Virus record (IMG/VR): IMGVR_UViG_3300020582_000006
Location: 1 to 64,000 of that record
Reading direction: 5' to 3' (one strand)
Source of the DNA: a virus
DNA: 64,000 nucleotides
Shown here: positions 48,765 to 58,347 of the stretch, in pieces
Layout: the number at the start of each line of letters is the position of its first letter
How positions within the stretch are numbered: the first letter of the stretch is position 1
The notes under the pieces: model-generated
What the model was told of the DNA's origin: nothing
Database searches by the model: none
The model's input: the letters and a program-made list of their open reading frames with translations, nothing else
Translations under genes and position numbers: made by a program

Positions 48765-49147
48765 TGAATGAAGATCGTCGCGGCCCCCGGCATTTTCACT
48801 CCGTACCGGCCTCGCCGGACAAAGAGGAAAGGCTCGAGCGCGGTCGAGATCCGCCAGCGGCCCTCGAATCGCCGCAAGCTGGCCGCCTGGCTGAAACGGA
48901 AAAAGCTTACTGTAACTACATGACCCGTCTCCAGATCGCGGCGAATATTGTCGCCCGTTGCCGGCGCGAAGGGCTCGACGCCCGCAAAGCCGGTAAGCCT
49001 TATCAGGATTGCCCTTACCGGGAACACCAGCAGGAACTGGAATACGCCGCCTGGATGGACGGCTGGACGCGAGCCGAAGAGATCGAAGAGGAACTGAAAG
49101 GCGGTGACGGCGATGATGACGATTGCGGCACTCTCACTGACGCGTAA
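48764..49147 (+). CDS. Rmf/CrpP-like small protein
   Basis: EG..A...G.....CPY......AW..GW motif. Confidence 0.5.
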   Translation: MNEDRRGPRHFHSVPASPDKEERLERGRDPPAALESPQAGRLAETEKAYCNYMTRLQIAANIVARCRREGLDARKAGKPYQDCPYREHQQELEYAAWMDGWTRAEEIEEELKGGDGDDDDCGTLTDA

Positions 49148-49150
49148 ACC

Positions 49151-49777
49151 ATGGCCACGGTAATCGGGATCGACCTGTCTCTCTCGGGGACCGGCATCGC
49201 GCGGTATTCGAGGAATCTGCCGGGCAGTCACTTCACGGTGAACTGGAACGTCAAAGGCACTGAGCCTCATGCGCCCGCCAATATGAAGATGCCGGATCAT
49301 CTCTGGCAATGCGAACGCCAGGGTCAGCTGCTCACCTTTATCAAAGACTTCATCGGCGATGAGATGCCTGATCTGGTCGTGGTCGAGGATGTATACCGGG
49401 GTAAGTCGGGATCCGCCACGCTCGATCTGGCGCAGCTCGCCGGCCTCGTGCGTTACTGGCTGCACACGGTGAAGAAAGCGCCGTTCGCGCTGGTGGTCGG
49501 GCAGGCGTCAAAGAAGTTCGCCGGTCTGCCCGGTTCAAAGGAAGGCCAGTCGCGGCCGAAGGGTCTGATCTGCAAGTACGTGCAAAGCTCATTCGGCCAG
49601 GACATCGACGACGATAACTGCGCCGATGCGGTAACCATGGCTTACATGGGCGCGGCGATTCTCAGTCTGTGGCCGGTGCGAACGAAGTATCAGCAGGACG
49701 TGATCTCCGGCCTTATTCAGAAATCGCCCTGGCTGAGACAGTTGAGTAATCTGTCCGCTGCTGCGGCAAAGGCATAA
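49151..49777 (+). CDS. RuvC-like Holliday junction resolvase
   Basis: VIGIDLSLSGTG, VVVED, KKFAG and DDNCADA motifs. Confidence 0.85.
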   Translation: MATVIGIDLSLSGTGIARYSRNLPGSHFTVNWNVKGTEPHAPANMKMPDHLWQCERQGQLLTFIKDFIGDEMPDLVVVEDVYRGKSGSATLDLAQLAGLVRYWLHTVKKAPFALVVGQASKKFAGLPGSKEGQSRPKGLICKYVQSSFGQDIDDDNCADAVTMAYMGAAILSLWPVRTKYQQDVISGLIQKSPWLRQLSNLSAAAAKA

Positions 49778-49781
49778 CCAT

Positions 49782-50507
49782 ATGGCACGAAGACCACCGG
49801 AAGTTACTGCGCCGCCTCCCGCGCCGCCGCTGACCGTGACCGGCCTGACGATCGAGATGTGGTCGATCGACCGGCTGATCCCCTACGAAGGGAAAGACGG
49901 CGGCGGAAACGCGCGCAGGATTACGACTGCGGCGATCGACAAAGTGGCGCAGTCGATCTCGCGCTTCGGCTGGCAGCAGCCTGTCGTAGTCGAACCGGCG
50001 CCTAACGAGGGTGTCATTATCATCGGCCACGTGCGCCGCCTGGCCGCACTCAAACTGGGCCTGCGCGAAGCGCCGGTGCATGTGGTCCGCGGCCTCTCGC
50101 CGCAGCAGATTCGCGAGCTGCGCATCGCTGACAACCGGACTCACGATGAAGCGACCTTCGACGTGAGCGTACTGCTGAGTGAGATCAAGGACCTCGAACT
50201 GGAAGCGACCGGCTTCGACCGCTGGCAGCTGGATGAGTTCTCAAGCGTGGCCGCGTTCGAGGATGAGATCGTGCCCCTCGGTATCGAGGGCGAAGAGGAG
50301 GAGGCGAACGGCGTCGGCGCGCGCAACCGTAATTACGACCGCGCCCGCATGGTCGATGCGATCCTCTATGTCGAGGACGTGGCCGTATTCGAGAACGCGC
50401 TGCGGGCGACGAACCTCGCTAACAGGGGAAAGGCTCTGGCCGCCATATGTCAGGCATACTTGGAAACAAACAGCAGAAGCAGAAAGACAACTCAACCGGA
50501 AGCCTGA
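49782..50507 (+). CDS. ParB/Srx N-terminal domain protein
   Basis: SISRFGWQQPVVV, IIIGHVR..AA..LG and LRIADNR motifs. Confidence 0.85.
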   Translation: MARRPPEVTAPPPAPPLTVTGLTIEMWSIDRLIPYEGKDGGGNARRITTAAIDKVAQSISRFGWQQPVVVEPAPNEGVIIIGHVRRLAALKLGLREAPVHVVRGLSPQQIRELRIADNRTHDEATFDVSVLLSEIKDLELEATGFDRWQLDEFSSVAAFEDEIVPLGIEGEEEEANGVGARNRNYDRARMVDAILYVEDVAVFENALRATNLANRGKALAAICQAYLETNSRSRKTTQPEA

Positions 50508-51109
50508 AGGAAGGCCTCCGTTCTACGGCCATCAAGGAACTGGGTTCCACGCCTCCCGTCATCATGGAGACGAACGGCGGCTACGGGCATATCTACCAGC
50601 ATTGCTACAAAGACGTCGTCGACGGCATCGTATTCGAGAAAATGAGGCCAAAAGCCCTGGTCCTCGCGCAGCAGCGCCCGAGCTGGTCGGTCTACTGCTG
50701 CGATAACGAGATGGCAATCAGGGCCGGTGTCGGCCGCCATCTCGAGGTGAACTTTCTCGATGTGGATCCCTATGGGGAATGCTGGAAGATTCTCGACGCG
50801 TTCTTCGCGAGCGACCGTCCGCGCCCGCCGCGTCTGGTGGTCGTGGTCAATTGCGGCCTGCGCCAGTCGCTCAAGCTGAACGCCGGCTGGCATATCGAGT
50901 CCCTGAAGGAAATCGTCAGCACCTACGGGAACCAGATGATCTGGAAGCACTACCTCTCCATAGCCAAAGAACTGGTCCAAAAAAAAGCGGCTAAGCCCGG
51001 ATACAGGCTTAGCCGCTGGAATGGTTATTACTGCGGTCACGGTCAGAACATGACTCACTTCGCCGCCGTGCTTGACAGATCCTCGTCTTCCTCCTCGTCT
51101 TCGACATAG
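50447..51109 (+). CDS. SAM-dependent methyltransferase-fold protein (TcmP-like)
   Basis: VIMETNGGYG motif I and FLDVDPYG. Confidence 0.55.
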   Translation: MSGILGNKQQKQKDNSTGSLKEGLRSTAIKELGSTPPVIMETNGGYGHIYQHCYKDVVDGIVFEKMRPKALVLAQQRPSWSVYCCDNEMAIRAGVGRHLEVNFLDVDPYGECWKILDAFFASDRPRPPRLVVVVNCGLRQSLKLNAGWHIESLKEIVSTYGNQMIWKHYLSIAKELVQKKAAKPGYRLSRWNGYYCGHGQNMTHFAAVLDRSSSSSSSST

Positions 51110-51489
51110 AGCGGGTTGTCATCCGCCAGCAGGTGATCACGGCAGACCGGCGCGATGCCGATATGGATTCGTCCGGAATCAATCGGGACGATCGTCGCCA
51201 TCGTGAGCGCCCGAAATGGAGCCCTGCTGGTCCAGTGAGTCTTGCGCCGCTTGCCGCACTCGCAGCAGGGCACAGCCTTCTCGAAGCGCAGGAAGCGGAC
51301 CCGCTCCCGCTGTTCCTCCGAGAACATCTTGTTCGGCGCGGCTTCGGCGATGTAAGTGATGGGGACAGGCTCCCTGAGCCTCGGGTGCAGTGAGACGTCA
51401 TAGCCCTGGCGCAGAAGCACCGGAAGATACGTTTCCAGGGATTCCGGATTCCAGGGCCAGTAGCACGCCCATATTTCGATCTTCTTCAT
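51055..51489 (-). CDS. Hypothetical protein
   Basis: Starts MKKIEIWAC; CCECG motif. Confidence 0.5.
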   Translation of the reverse strand: MKKIEIWACYWPWNPESLETYLPVLLRQGYDVSLHPRLREPVPITYIAEAAPNKMFSEEQRERVRFLRFEKAVPCCECGKRRKTHWTSRAPFRALTMATIVPIDSGRIHIGIAPVCRDHLLADDNPLYVEDEEEDEDLSSTAAK

Positions 51490-52130
51490 TGGTTCCCTTT
51501 CTGACCCGGCAGTCTGATGCGCCGGATTCCCCGGATTGACGTGAGGATCTCGTTCGCGGTCTGGTCGACCACTGGCGCGGGTTTTGGCGCTGCCGCCATT
51601 CTCTCTGCCATCTTGCGTTCCGCCTCCCAGATGCGGCACTGGGCGCGGGTGTGGTTCTGCGCGTACTGATCATGCTGGCAGAGCGGGCAGGGCCTGACAG
51701 GCCTCTGTGGCGGCCTCTGTGGCGGTGGCGCTGGCGGCCTTGGGCGCGGCGCTGGCGGGCCCTGGACGTGAACCGGCTCGCCCAGGCGCGGTACTCCTGG
51801 CGGTCGCTCCCGCAGGCGCTCGACCGGCGAAAGAGGCGGGATCCCTCCTGTTGTGGATACTGCCCGGTAGCGGCTGTCTCCCGTTTCCTTTTCGCGCTGC
51901 AGGTTATTGAAGATATTCCTGGCCGTGTTGAGCGTCACCGGGTGTGTGGTCTTCGTGCCGGTGCGCGGCACAGCATTGAGCGCACCGTATTCGAAATCGA
52001 CGGTATACAACTGCTCAGGATTTAACAGGCTGCGCGGCGCGGGAGTGATGTAGATCGTATAGAACTTCCCTCCGGATCTGCTGTCGGCCACAAGGCGAAC
52101 GGATAGCAATGGCGGTGCGAGCGGTGGCAT
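51486..52130 (-). CDS. WGR-domain protein with Pro-rich linker and Cys/His motif
   Basis: KFYTI...V..EYG...GTKT...A..IF.....K; paralogous to the ligase N-terminus. Confidence 0.7.
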   Translation of the reverse strand: MPPLAPPLLSVRLVADSRSGGKFYTIYITPAPRSLLNPEQLYTVDFEYGALNAVPRTGTKTTHPVTLNTARNIFNNLQREKETGDSRYRAVSTTGGIPPLSPVERLRERPPGVPRLGEPVHVQGPPAPRPRPPAPPPQRPPQRPVRPCPLCQHDQYAQNHTRAQCRIWEAERKMAERMAAAPKPAPVVDQTANEILTSIRGIRRIRLPGQKGNQ

Positions 52131-52134
52131 TCTT

Positions 52135-52935
52135 CTACGCTCCTTTCTTCAACCGGCCTGTCTCGGCCATGTTCCTGCGCATAGTGACCCAGGCGCGCCG
52201 GGCAGAGCACTTCCGGTTCTTGCAGGGACATCCCCGGGGATGGTCGCCGTTCTCGTCGACCTCGATGACAGGCTCGCCGCCGGATCGCACGAGTGCGATC
52301 GACTGCACGGGCGGAGGCACAAAGGAGCCCGGTACCAGCAATTCCGTCTCGAGGATCATCAGAGCGTTGCGGATGTTGCCTCCGGACGCCCTGACAATCT
52401 CGGCGAAGTCGGGCCGGCGCCCGCCTTTCTCTTTCTTCCAGACCCGCGCAAGGAACGCTGTCTGTTCCTCGACGGTCGGCGGCTTGAAGTCGAGCCGCCG
52501 CAGACGGCTGAGGAAGCGGGGATGCAGCAACCGGGTATCGTTGCTGGTCATCAGGAAGATCGTATCCCTCGGCATTGCCGCGGTATCGAGGATCGACAGG
52601 AAAGACTTCTGCGCCTGGGCGCTCATCGAGTCGCATTCATCCACAATGGCGACGTGCCAGCGCCCGCCTCCCATCGGGGCATACTGGCAGTCGCAGACCA
52701 GCTGCTCGACCACTTCCACGGTGCATTTGGCCGCGCTGATATGGTGCAGTTTCCCGCCGATGGCTTTGGCTACCACCATAGCCATGGTGGTTTTGCCGAG
52801 ACCTGACGGGCCCAGGAGAAGAAACCCGCTCTCATACGGATCGGCGATGAGCTTCGAGAGTACGGCTTTCGGAACCTCGATCCCGACAAAGTCCGATATC
52901 TTCTGTGGCTCGTATTTGACCACCAGGGCTTTCAA
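52135..52935 (-). CDS. AAA+ ATPase, clamp-loader/RarA-like
   Basis: KYEPQKISDFVG, GPSGLGKTT, IVDECD and SGGNIRNAL motifs. Confidence 0.85.
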   Translation of the reverse strand: MKALVVKYEPQKISDFVGIEVPKAVLSKLIADPYESGFLLLGPSGLGKTTMAMVVAKAIGGKLHHISAAKCTVEVVEQLVCDCQYAPMGGGRWHVAIVDECDSMSAQAQKSFLSILDTAAMPRDTIFLMTSNDTRLLHPRFLSRLRRLDFKPPTVEEQTAFLARVWKKEKGGRRPDFAEIVRASGGNIRNALMILETELLVPGSFVPPPVQSIALVRSGGEPVIEVDENGDHPRGCPCKNRKCSARRAWVTMRRNMAETGRLKKGA

Positions 52936-53004
52936 CGCTCACCCCCTGGCAGAGGCACGCCGAGTTCGCGGTAGAGAGCGCGTTTCCAGTCGGCGATGTA
53001 AGCT

Positions 53005-53238
53005 TCAACCGACTCGTGGATCGCGCGTCTGACTTTGGCCGGAATGCGCACCGGCCGTGGTTTTGTCTTGTGTTGTTTCACGGTCTTGTCCTTTCGTAGA
53101 GATTCTCTTCCAGCGTTTCTTGCCGCCCGACAGAACCTCGCCGGTGTCGTCCATTTTCACGTCGTAACACATGCCGATACCGCGAACGATTACGCCGGTC
53201 CTGCCATTCTCGCCCCGGACTGGTGTCCCGTTTGTCAC
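53005..53238 (-). CDS. Small SH3/KOW-like hypothetical protein
   Basis: GRTGVIV...YDVKMDDTGE. Confidence 0.45.
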   Translation of the reverse strand: MTNGTPVRGENGRTGVIVRGIGMCYDVKMDDTGEVLSGGKKRWKRISTKGQDRETTQDKTTAGAHSGQSQTRDPRVG

Positions 53239-53462
53239 AGGTGTTTCGTCCTTTCTTCGAGCGTCGCTATTTTCCCTTCGTGCAGGATCATGTAATCGAT
53301 AAACCTCTCGACGTTCCGCGCCAGAGAATCGACCTTACCGGTCAGAGGATCGATCTTACCGTCAATCTTGGCGTCGATGTAGTACTTGAAGAACGCGATC
53401 GCCAGGCCGAACAGCGTGACCATCAGGGTTGCCATAGCGAAGAATGCCTGAGCGATGGTCAT
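53235..53462 (-). CDS. Small membrane-anchored coiled-coil protein
   Basis: N-terminal TM segment then a heptad-like region. Confidence 0.65.
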   Translation of the reverse strand: MTIAQAFFAMATLMVTLFGLAIAFFKYYIDAKIDGKIDPLTGKVDSLARNVERFIDYMILHEGKIATLEERTKHL

Positions 53463-54007
53463 CGGCCCGGCTCCTGAAAGAAGCGGAACCGTCCGATGAA
53501 GGATTCGTTCTTGCTCAGATCCCGTTCGGTGATCTCGTCGAATCCGGTCACTGTGGCGTCTTCCGGGTTGCGCTGGTAAGTCAGGGTCAGCTCATGGCAC
53601 GACACCATGGTCTGCACCGTGAGCTTGGCGCATTCCTTGCAGGTGCCGAAGCCGGCCACGGCCAGTTCTTTGAGCGACAGGCCCAGTTCGAGCTTGAGCG
53701 CCATACCCTCTCTCAGCTTGCCCGGATGGAACTTCATTTCATACGTGTCGAAGAGAGTGACCACGGTCGTAAAGCCGTGTTTCTGAATGAGCCGGTTGAC
53801 CTCCTGCGAGAGGATTTGCTTGCTGGCGTTGTCGCCCATTTTCTCCGGATCGAAGTGCAGGATATTAGTGGGCGAACCGTCCATGGCATCTATCAGGAAA
53901 ATGCAGGGCTGCACCGTGCGCGTTGCGAGCAGCTGCTGACGGGCCGACTGAAGCAGGACGCGGCCCAGGTTGATGAGGTGTTCCGTGGTCGGAGTCTCGC
54001 GGTTCAT
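53459..54007 (-). CDS. Hypothetical protein (apparent paralog of 42459-42986)
   Basis: GGAGGAG RBS; starts MNRETPTT. Confidence 0.65.
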   Translation of the reverse strand: MNRETPTTEHLINLGRVLLQSARQQLLATRTVQPCIFLIDAMDGSPTNILHFDPEKMGDNASKQILSQEVNRLIQKHGFTTVVTLFDTYEMKFHPGKLREGMALKLELGLSLKELAVAGFGTCKECAKLTVQTMVSCHELTLTYQRNPEDATVTGFDEITERDLSKNESFIGRFRFFQEPGR

Positions 54008-54216
54008 ATGGACACTCCTCCGAATCCTACCTGATCGGCGGTGAACAGGCTTTCCTGTTTGCCCTCGGTCGGGTTTTCGATGTGCGCTCGATGAGCCTCG
54101 TAAGCGCGGACGGTGAAAGCGCCCTGAGTCTCGCCGGACTCTCTCGCCGGCCCGTTCCACCGGCAGGAGCAACCTGAGTGGTTCTCCAGTATTAATGGCG
54201 TGTGTTGTTCTGTCAT
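54004..54216 (-). CDS. Hypothetical protein
   Basis: AAGGAC RBS; CSC.W...H..H. Confidence 0.5.
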   Translation of the reverse strand: MTEQHTPLILENHSGCSCRWNGPARESGETQGAFTVRAYEAHRAHIENPTEGKQESLFTADQVGFGGVSI

Positions 54217-54246
54217 TTTGTGTGTCCTGTCCTTGTTCGGTTTTTT

Positions 54247-55104
54247 CTACGCTCCTTTGAGAATCGGGAAGTGCTCCCGGTGATACCTGTCGCTGTCCGG
54301 CTGGACGATGATGGGCGCCGCCAGTTCGCCGGGGAACTGACGGTACTGTTTACAGGTCCCGTCTGTTTCGACCAGATAGCAGCGTTTCTCCGTCATGAAA
54401 TGTTCGTCCTGTTTGTGGAAGTAAGCGACGCCCTGTTCGACGCAGGCATCGCGGATCTCCCGCGCCCACTCCATCTTCATCGGGCGATGATTGGAGCCCG
54501 ACTCGCCGCCGACGATAACCATGTCGATGCCGGTCAGGTCGAGCGGCATCAGGGAAGTCAGCAGCGGTTCGGCTGACACGAAGCGCACCGTGGCCTTCGA
54601 CTTACGAAGGTGGTCGATGCGGAACTTAGTATCCTTGTGGCCGCAGCTGGTCCCGAGCCAGATATGTTTCGCCCAGGGGCCCTGCCACTGCGAAGCGCGT
54701 TCGGCTCGTTTGGTCAGCAGCATGTAAATGTGCTGATACGGGATGAGCCAGTCATCGAACAGGGTATGGAGAAACTCATCCGGCACCAGCCGGTGAAAGA
54801 TGTCCCCCATCGAGCAGATGAAGATACGCTCTCGTTCGGAGGGTGGCAGGCGCGGGTTGATGACCGGCAGCCTCCCGATCTCGCGGAATCGTTCCGGCCG
54901 CAGTCTGACGTTCGCCGCCTCGTTCGGCTCAGTCCATGGTTTGGCGGTCCATGTGCGTTTGATTGATAGCGTCTCCGCATAACAGTTGACGCATTCGGGA
55001 CTGATGAAGCGTTTCCCTGTTACCGTATTTGTCTCGATTGGTTTCGAGCAACCACTTACAAGATTGAGCGTTTTGGTCGCCCAGGCGATGATAGTGTCAT
55101 TCAC
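54247..55104 (-). CDS. DUF5131 / phage Gp37-Gp68 family three-Cys protein
   Basis: GC...SPECVNCYAE, SMGDIFH, LLTKR, FVSAEPLL, VIVGGESG and FHKQ motifs. Confidence 0.9.
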   Translation of the reverse strand: MNDTIIAWATKTLNLVSGCSKPIETNTVTGKRFISPECVNCYAETLSIKRTWTAKPWTEPNEAANVRLRPERFREIGRLPVINPRLPPSERERIFICSMGDIFHRLVPDEFLHTLFDDWLIPYQHIYMLLTKRAERASQWQGPWAKHIWLGTSCGHKDTKFRIDHLRKSKATVRFVSAEPLLTSLMPLDLTGIDMVIVGGESGSNHRPMKMEWAREIRDACVEQGVAYFHKQDEHFMTEKRCYLVETDGTCKQYRQFPGELAAPIIVQPDSDRYHREHFPILKGA

Positions 55105-55154
55105 GTTTTTTGATGCCTTTCCGGTAAGTCATGTGGTATGGTGTTTTAGTTTGT

Positions 55155-55177
55155 AAGTTATATTATATCAATAACTT
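55155..55177 (-). promoter_or_regulatory. Extended -10 TGATATAAT enclosed in a 7-bp inverted repeat
   Basis: AAGTTAT-attatatca-ATAACTT on the + strand. Confidence 0.6.
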
Positions 55178-55334
55178 GGCGGTGGCTGTGAGGGCGGATT
55201 TGGCGGGGATTTCGGGCCTTTTGTCTTTCGCCGCGGATCGCGCCGGGCCTTCTTTCTGTTGTGTCCCGCTTTGCCCTCAGTTGCCTGCAGCTGTTTATTC
55301 AGTTCGTTCTGTCTGGCGAGTATTTCATTCAGGT

Positions 55335-55649
55335 TCACCGGGCGCCTCTCCTGATCGGTGGTTCGACCGGCGCATGCACGCTTCCAAGCCATTCGGTATA
55401 CAGGCGTTTGATCTCAGCGAGTACTTTGACGTCGCTGATCGGATGGGGAAGCGTGACCTCCTTGCCGCCGGCCTCGTCGCCGAAAGGGAAGATGAGCCGC
55501 TTTGTGCGCGGGTCGTAGTTCGATGCAATGGCGGCTCGCATGGTGTCGGGAAACGCCTTGATCGGGATGTCCACGATTGCGGTGGATGTGGGCGCTTCGT
55601 ACCCTGCGGCAAGCGAAGCGCGTTGGTCTATGTTGATGAGCAGTTTCAT
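55335..55649 (-). CDS. Hypothetical protein
   Basis: GGAG RBS; 104 aa. Confidence 0.55.
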   Translation of the reverse strand: MKLLINIDQRASLAAGYEAPTSTAIVDIPIKAFPDTMRAAIASNYDPRTKRLIFPFGDEAGGKEVTLPHPISDVKVLAEIKRLYTEWLGSVHAPVEPPIRRGAR

Positions 55650-55706
55650 TTTCTCTCCAATGGGGAAATCAGGCCGGGTCCTGGTGAACCCGGCCTTTCT
55701 ACGGCC

Positions 55707-57500
55707 TTAGCGGGATGCTTTCTTCTTTGCGGTGGCCACTTTCCTGACTGTGGCCTTAGCCTTCTTTGCGGGTTTTGCTTTGTGCTTCGCCGCAGTCTTC
55801 ACTGCGGGTGTTTTCGGCGCGGGCTCTGCCGGGGACTTACCGGCTTTCTTCGCCTGGGACTTCAGCCGCGCCGCCTTGAACACCTCGCGCATGCGCATGC
55901 CGATCTCGTTCTCGATGTTCTTATGATCGATCCCGAAGACGTTCGCCGCCATGTCGAACCGCTTCCTCTCGTCGCCCGCGCTATAGAGTTGCTCGCGCGC
56001 GCAGTCCTGCAGGGCGAGCCCGAAGATGATCTTCGGCAGCCAGTCCGATGCCGGTGACCCTTTCTCGGCCAGAATCATCCGGCGCAGTTCGGCGGTGACA
56101 TCGCTCGACGAACGCTTGCCGGCCTCGAGGCCGGGGAACTTGAACACGTCGAGCAGCTCTGGCGGTGTCATGTGCTTGAGCAGCGCGAGCGCGATGATCT
56201 GCTGCTGACTATGAGGAACAGCCCAGATGTAGTTCTTGCCGTTCACCGGCTCATTGCAGATATCTTCGAGGACCTGACGCCGCGCCGCCGTCTCGATCTT
56301 CTCGCCCAGTTTCTTTTCTTTCTGCGCCCAGAAGTCCACCTTGCCTTCGGGAGTTCGCGACGTGTGCGAAGCAGGCCGGTAGTTGTGATGGAGTGAGCAC
56401 TGCTGATTGCGGCAGACCTGAATGATGGTTCCCTTGCCGGGATTGTCCACATAGATCGCCTGTTCGGTATCGGGACAGTTCTTGACCTTGCCCTTCTTGT
56501 TGGCAACGACCTCGGCGTAGGTGTCGCGGCCTATGGCGTTTTCGCCCTTCGCCGGATTGTAGTTATGGCTGATGCGGACCAGCTCGACGCCTTCGTCTTT
56601 CTTCACCTGAACGATCTGAATGAAGTGGGCCTCGGCCTTCGCCGCGTAGCAGTCCCGGTCGAGGCAATGATCGCCGGCCCGCACATCGTCGAACAACTGA
56701 GCGTTGGCCGCGCTGCGCTTGGGGCATGTGATGCAGGCGCCCGCGGCCGGGATCAGTTCGGCGTCGTCCTTGGCCCAGGGCGCAGCCGCCAGATCGAGCA
56801 GGATCTCCGCGTCGATCAGATCGTCGAGATGAGCCACGGTGACCGCGTGTACGGTCCGGTCGTACTTGTAGCCCTGACCGGGCACGAACTTGCTGCCGCC
56901 CTCTTCATAGAGCAAGTGCTCGAGGACATGCCGCTGGCTGGCTTCGGGAAGCCGCGCGAGGCGCTGCGCGTGCCCGACGTGGATCTTCTCGGCGATGAAG
57001 TCTTCGCGCAATTCGGGGATCAGATTGACCAGCGCCATGCGTTTGTAGACATAGGCGACGTTCTTGCCCACGCGATCGGCGATGGTCTGCGCCGTGTAAT
57101 TCGGCTGGCTCATCAGATGCCGGAAGCCGTCCGCCTCTTCGAGCGGGTGAACGTCTTCGCGGATGAGGTTCTCGACGATCTGGATCTCGAGCACCTGCTG
57201 GTCGTCGAGATCGCGCACGATGGCCGGGATCTGGCCCAGTTCCGCTTCCAGGGCCGCGCGGTAGCGTCTGCTGCCCACCACGATCTCGAAGGCCTGCGGC
57301 CCCCTGTTTCTTACCAGGATGGGCTGCACGATGCCGACAGAGCGAACGCTCTGCACCAGTTCATCCATCGCTGTCTTGCGCCAGGTCTTGCGCGGGTTGG
57401 TTGTCGATTCCGTGAGCCATGCGAGAGGAATACTCTCGTATGCCGGTGTGAGAGCTGCAGCCGTGGCTTCAGCAGTATTTGCTCTGGTCGTTTTGGCCAT
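55707..57500 (-). CDS. ParB/RepB/Spo0J-family protein (long form)
   Basis: NPRK, GIVQPILVR, IVVGSRRYRA, ENLIREDVHPLEEA, HTH, C..C...C...C; Lys/Ala-rich tail. Confidence 0.9.
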   Translation of the reverse strand: MAKTTRANTAEATAAALTPAYESIPLAWLTESTTNPRKTWRKTAMDELVQSVRSVGIVQPILVRNRGPQAFEIVVGSRRYRAALEAELGQIPAIVRDLDDQQVLEIQIVENLIREDVHPLEEADGFRHLMSQPNYTAQTIADRVGKNVAYVYKRMALVNLIPELREDFIAEKIHVGHAQRLARLPEASQRHVLEHLLYEEGGSKFVPGQGYKYDRTVHAVTVAHLDDLIDAEILLDLAAAPWAKDDAELIPAAGACITCPKRSAANAQLFDDVRAGDHCLDRDCYAAKAEAHFIQIVQVKKDEGVELVRISHNYNPAKGENAIGRDTYAEVVANKKGKVKNCPDTEQAIYVDNPGKGTIIQVCRNQQCSLHHNYRPASHTSRTPEGKVDFWAQKEKKLGEKIETAARRQVLEDICNEPVNGKNYIWAVPHSQQQIIALALLKHMTPPELLDVFKFPGLEAGKRSSSDVTAELRRMILAEKGSPASDWLPKIIFGLALQDCAREQLYSAGDERKRFDMAANVFGIDHKNIENEIGMRMREVFKAARLKSQAKKAGKSPAEPAPKTPAVKTAAKHKAKPAKKAKATVRKVATAKKKASR

Positions 57501-57560
57501 GTTGTGTATTGTCCTTTTTTTCGTTTAGTGTTGTTTTTGTTTTGTCGAACACTGATTTTA

Positions 57561-57845
57561 TCAGTCTCGCGACTGAGTCAGGTCGACCGGGATAGCGCCG
57601 ATGAATTCGAAACCCATCGTTGCGACGCGGTGGCATTCTACGCCCGCCGGATTCTCGATCATGAAGTAATCGCCCACGCTGGCGGACGGCCCTTCGAAGT
57701 CGATCTCTTCGCCTGAGCCGCGATTGAACCGGGCATAGGCCATGTTGAGCGAATCCTCGACCCGGTAGGGCGGCGGAGGCGTTACGGTGGTGGCCACATA
57801 GCCTTTGGGATCAAAGGCATTGCGTAAGAAGTGCACTTTCGGCAT
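57561..57845 (-). CDS. Hypothetical protein
   Basis: PSASVGD...GF motif (YodL-like possible). Confidence 0.55.
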   Translation of the reverse strand: MPKVHFLRNAFDPKGYVATTVTPPPPYRVEDSLNMAYARFNRGSGEEIDFEGPSASVGDYFMIENPAGVECHRVATMGFEFIGAIPVDLTQSRD

Positions 57846-57855
57846 TTTCTGTCTC

Positions 57856-58347
57856 CTATTTGAAAATCCGGTTCCAGCAGTCCGGGCAGAGCCCGGTCAG
57901 GAACATCTCCCGCTCCTCTTCGGGAACATCGGACATGACATCCTGAATGGTCCCGCCCAGTCGCCATGCCGCGATTTGCCTCGCGGTGGCTGTTACAGGC
58001 CGATCCTTCCTGCAATCGACGCAGGTTAGAGTGATGCCTTTCGGCTCTTCCGGACCGCGTTGCCAGGGCACCGGGTCGCCGATGCGGTTCTCACGAAATG
58101 AGCGGTGCATGATGAGCGCACTCCGGTATACACCCTCTTTCGTGAAGGCCGGATGGTTGTAATTGAAGGTGTCGGCGGTGCGCCGCGCGAGCCCTTCATA
58201 GTCGCCGGCCAGCAAGAGCGCGTGGCATTGAGCGCACGCGGCCCAGTCTTCCCGGCTCGCGGCCCCGGGCGCCACCAGGAAGGTCTTCGCAGGCCAGTTA
58301 AAACTGACCTGCGGGGATGAGCAGAAATCGCAAATGAAGTCAGCCAT
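57856..58347 (-). CDS. Cys-rich hypothetical protein
   Basis: CDFCS, WAACAQC, CVDC and REMFLTGLCPDCW. Confidence 0.6.
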   Translation of the reverse strand: MADFICDFCSSPQVSFNWPAKTFLVAPGAASREDWAACAQCHALLLAGDYEGLARRTADTFNYNHPAFTKEGVYRSALIMHRSFRENRIGDPVPWQRGPEEPKGITLTCVDCRKDRPVTATARQIAAWRLGGTIQDVMSDVPEEEREMFLTGLCPDCWNRIFK

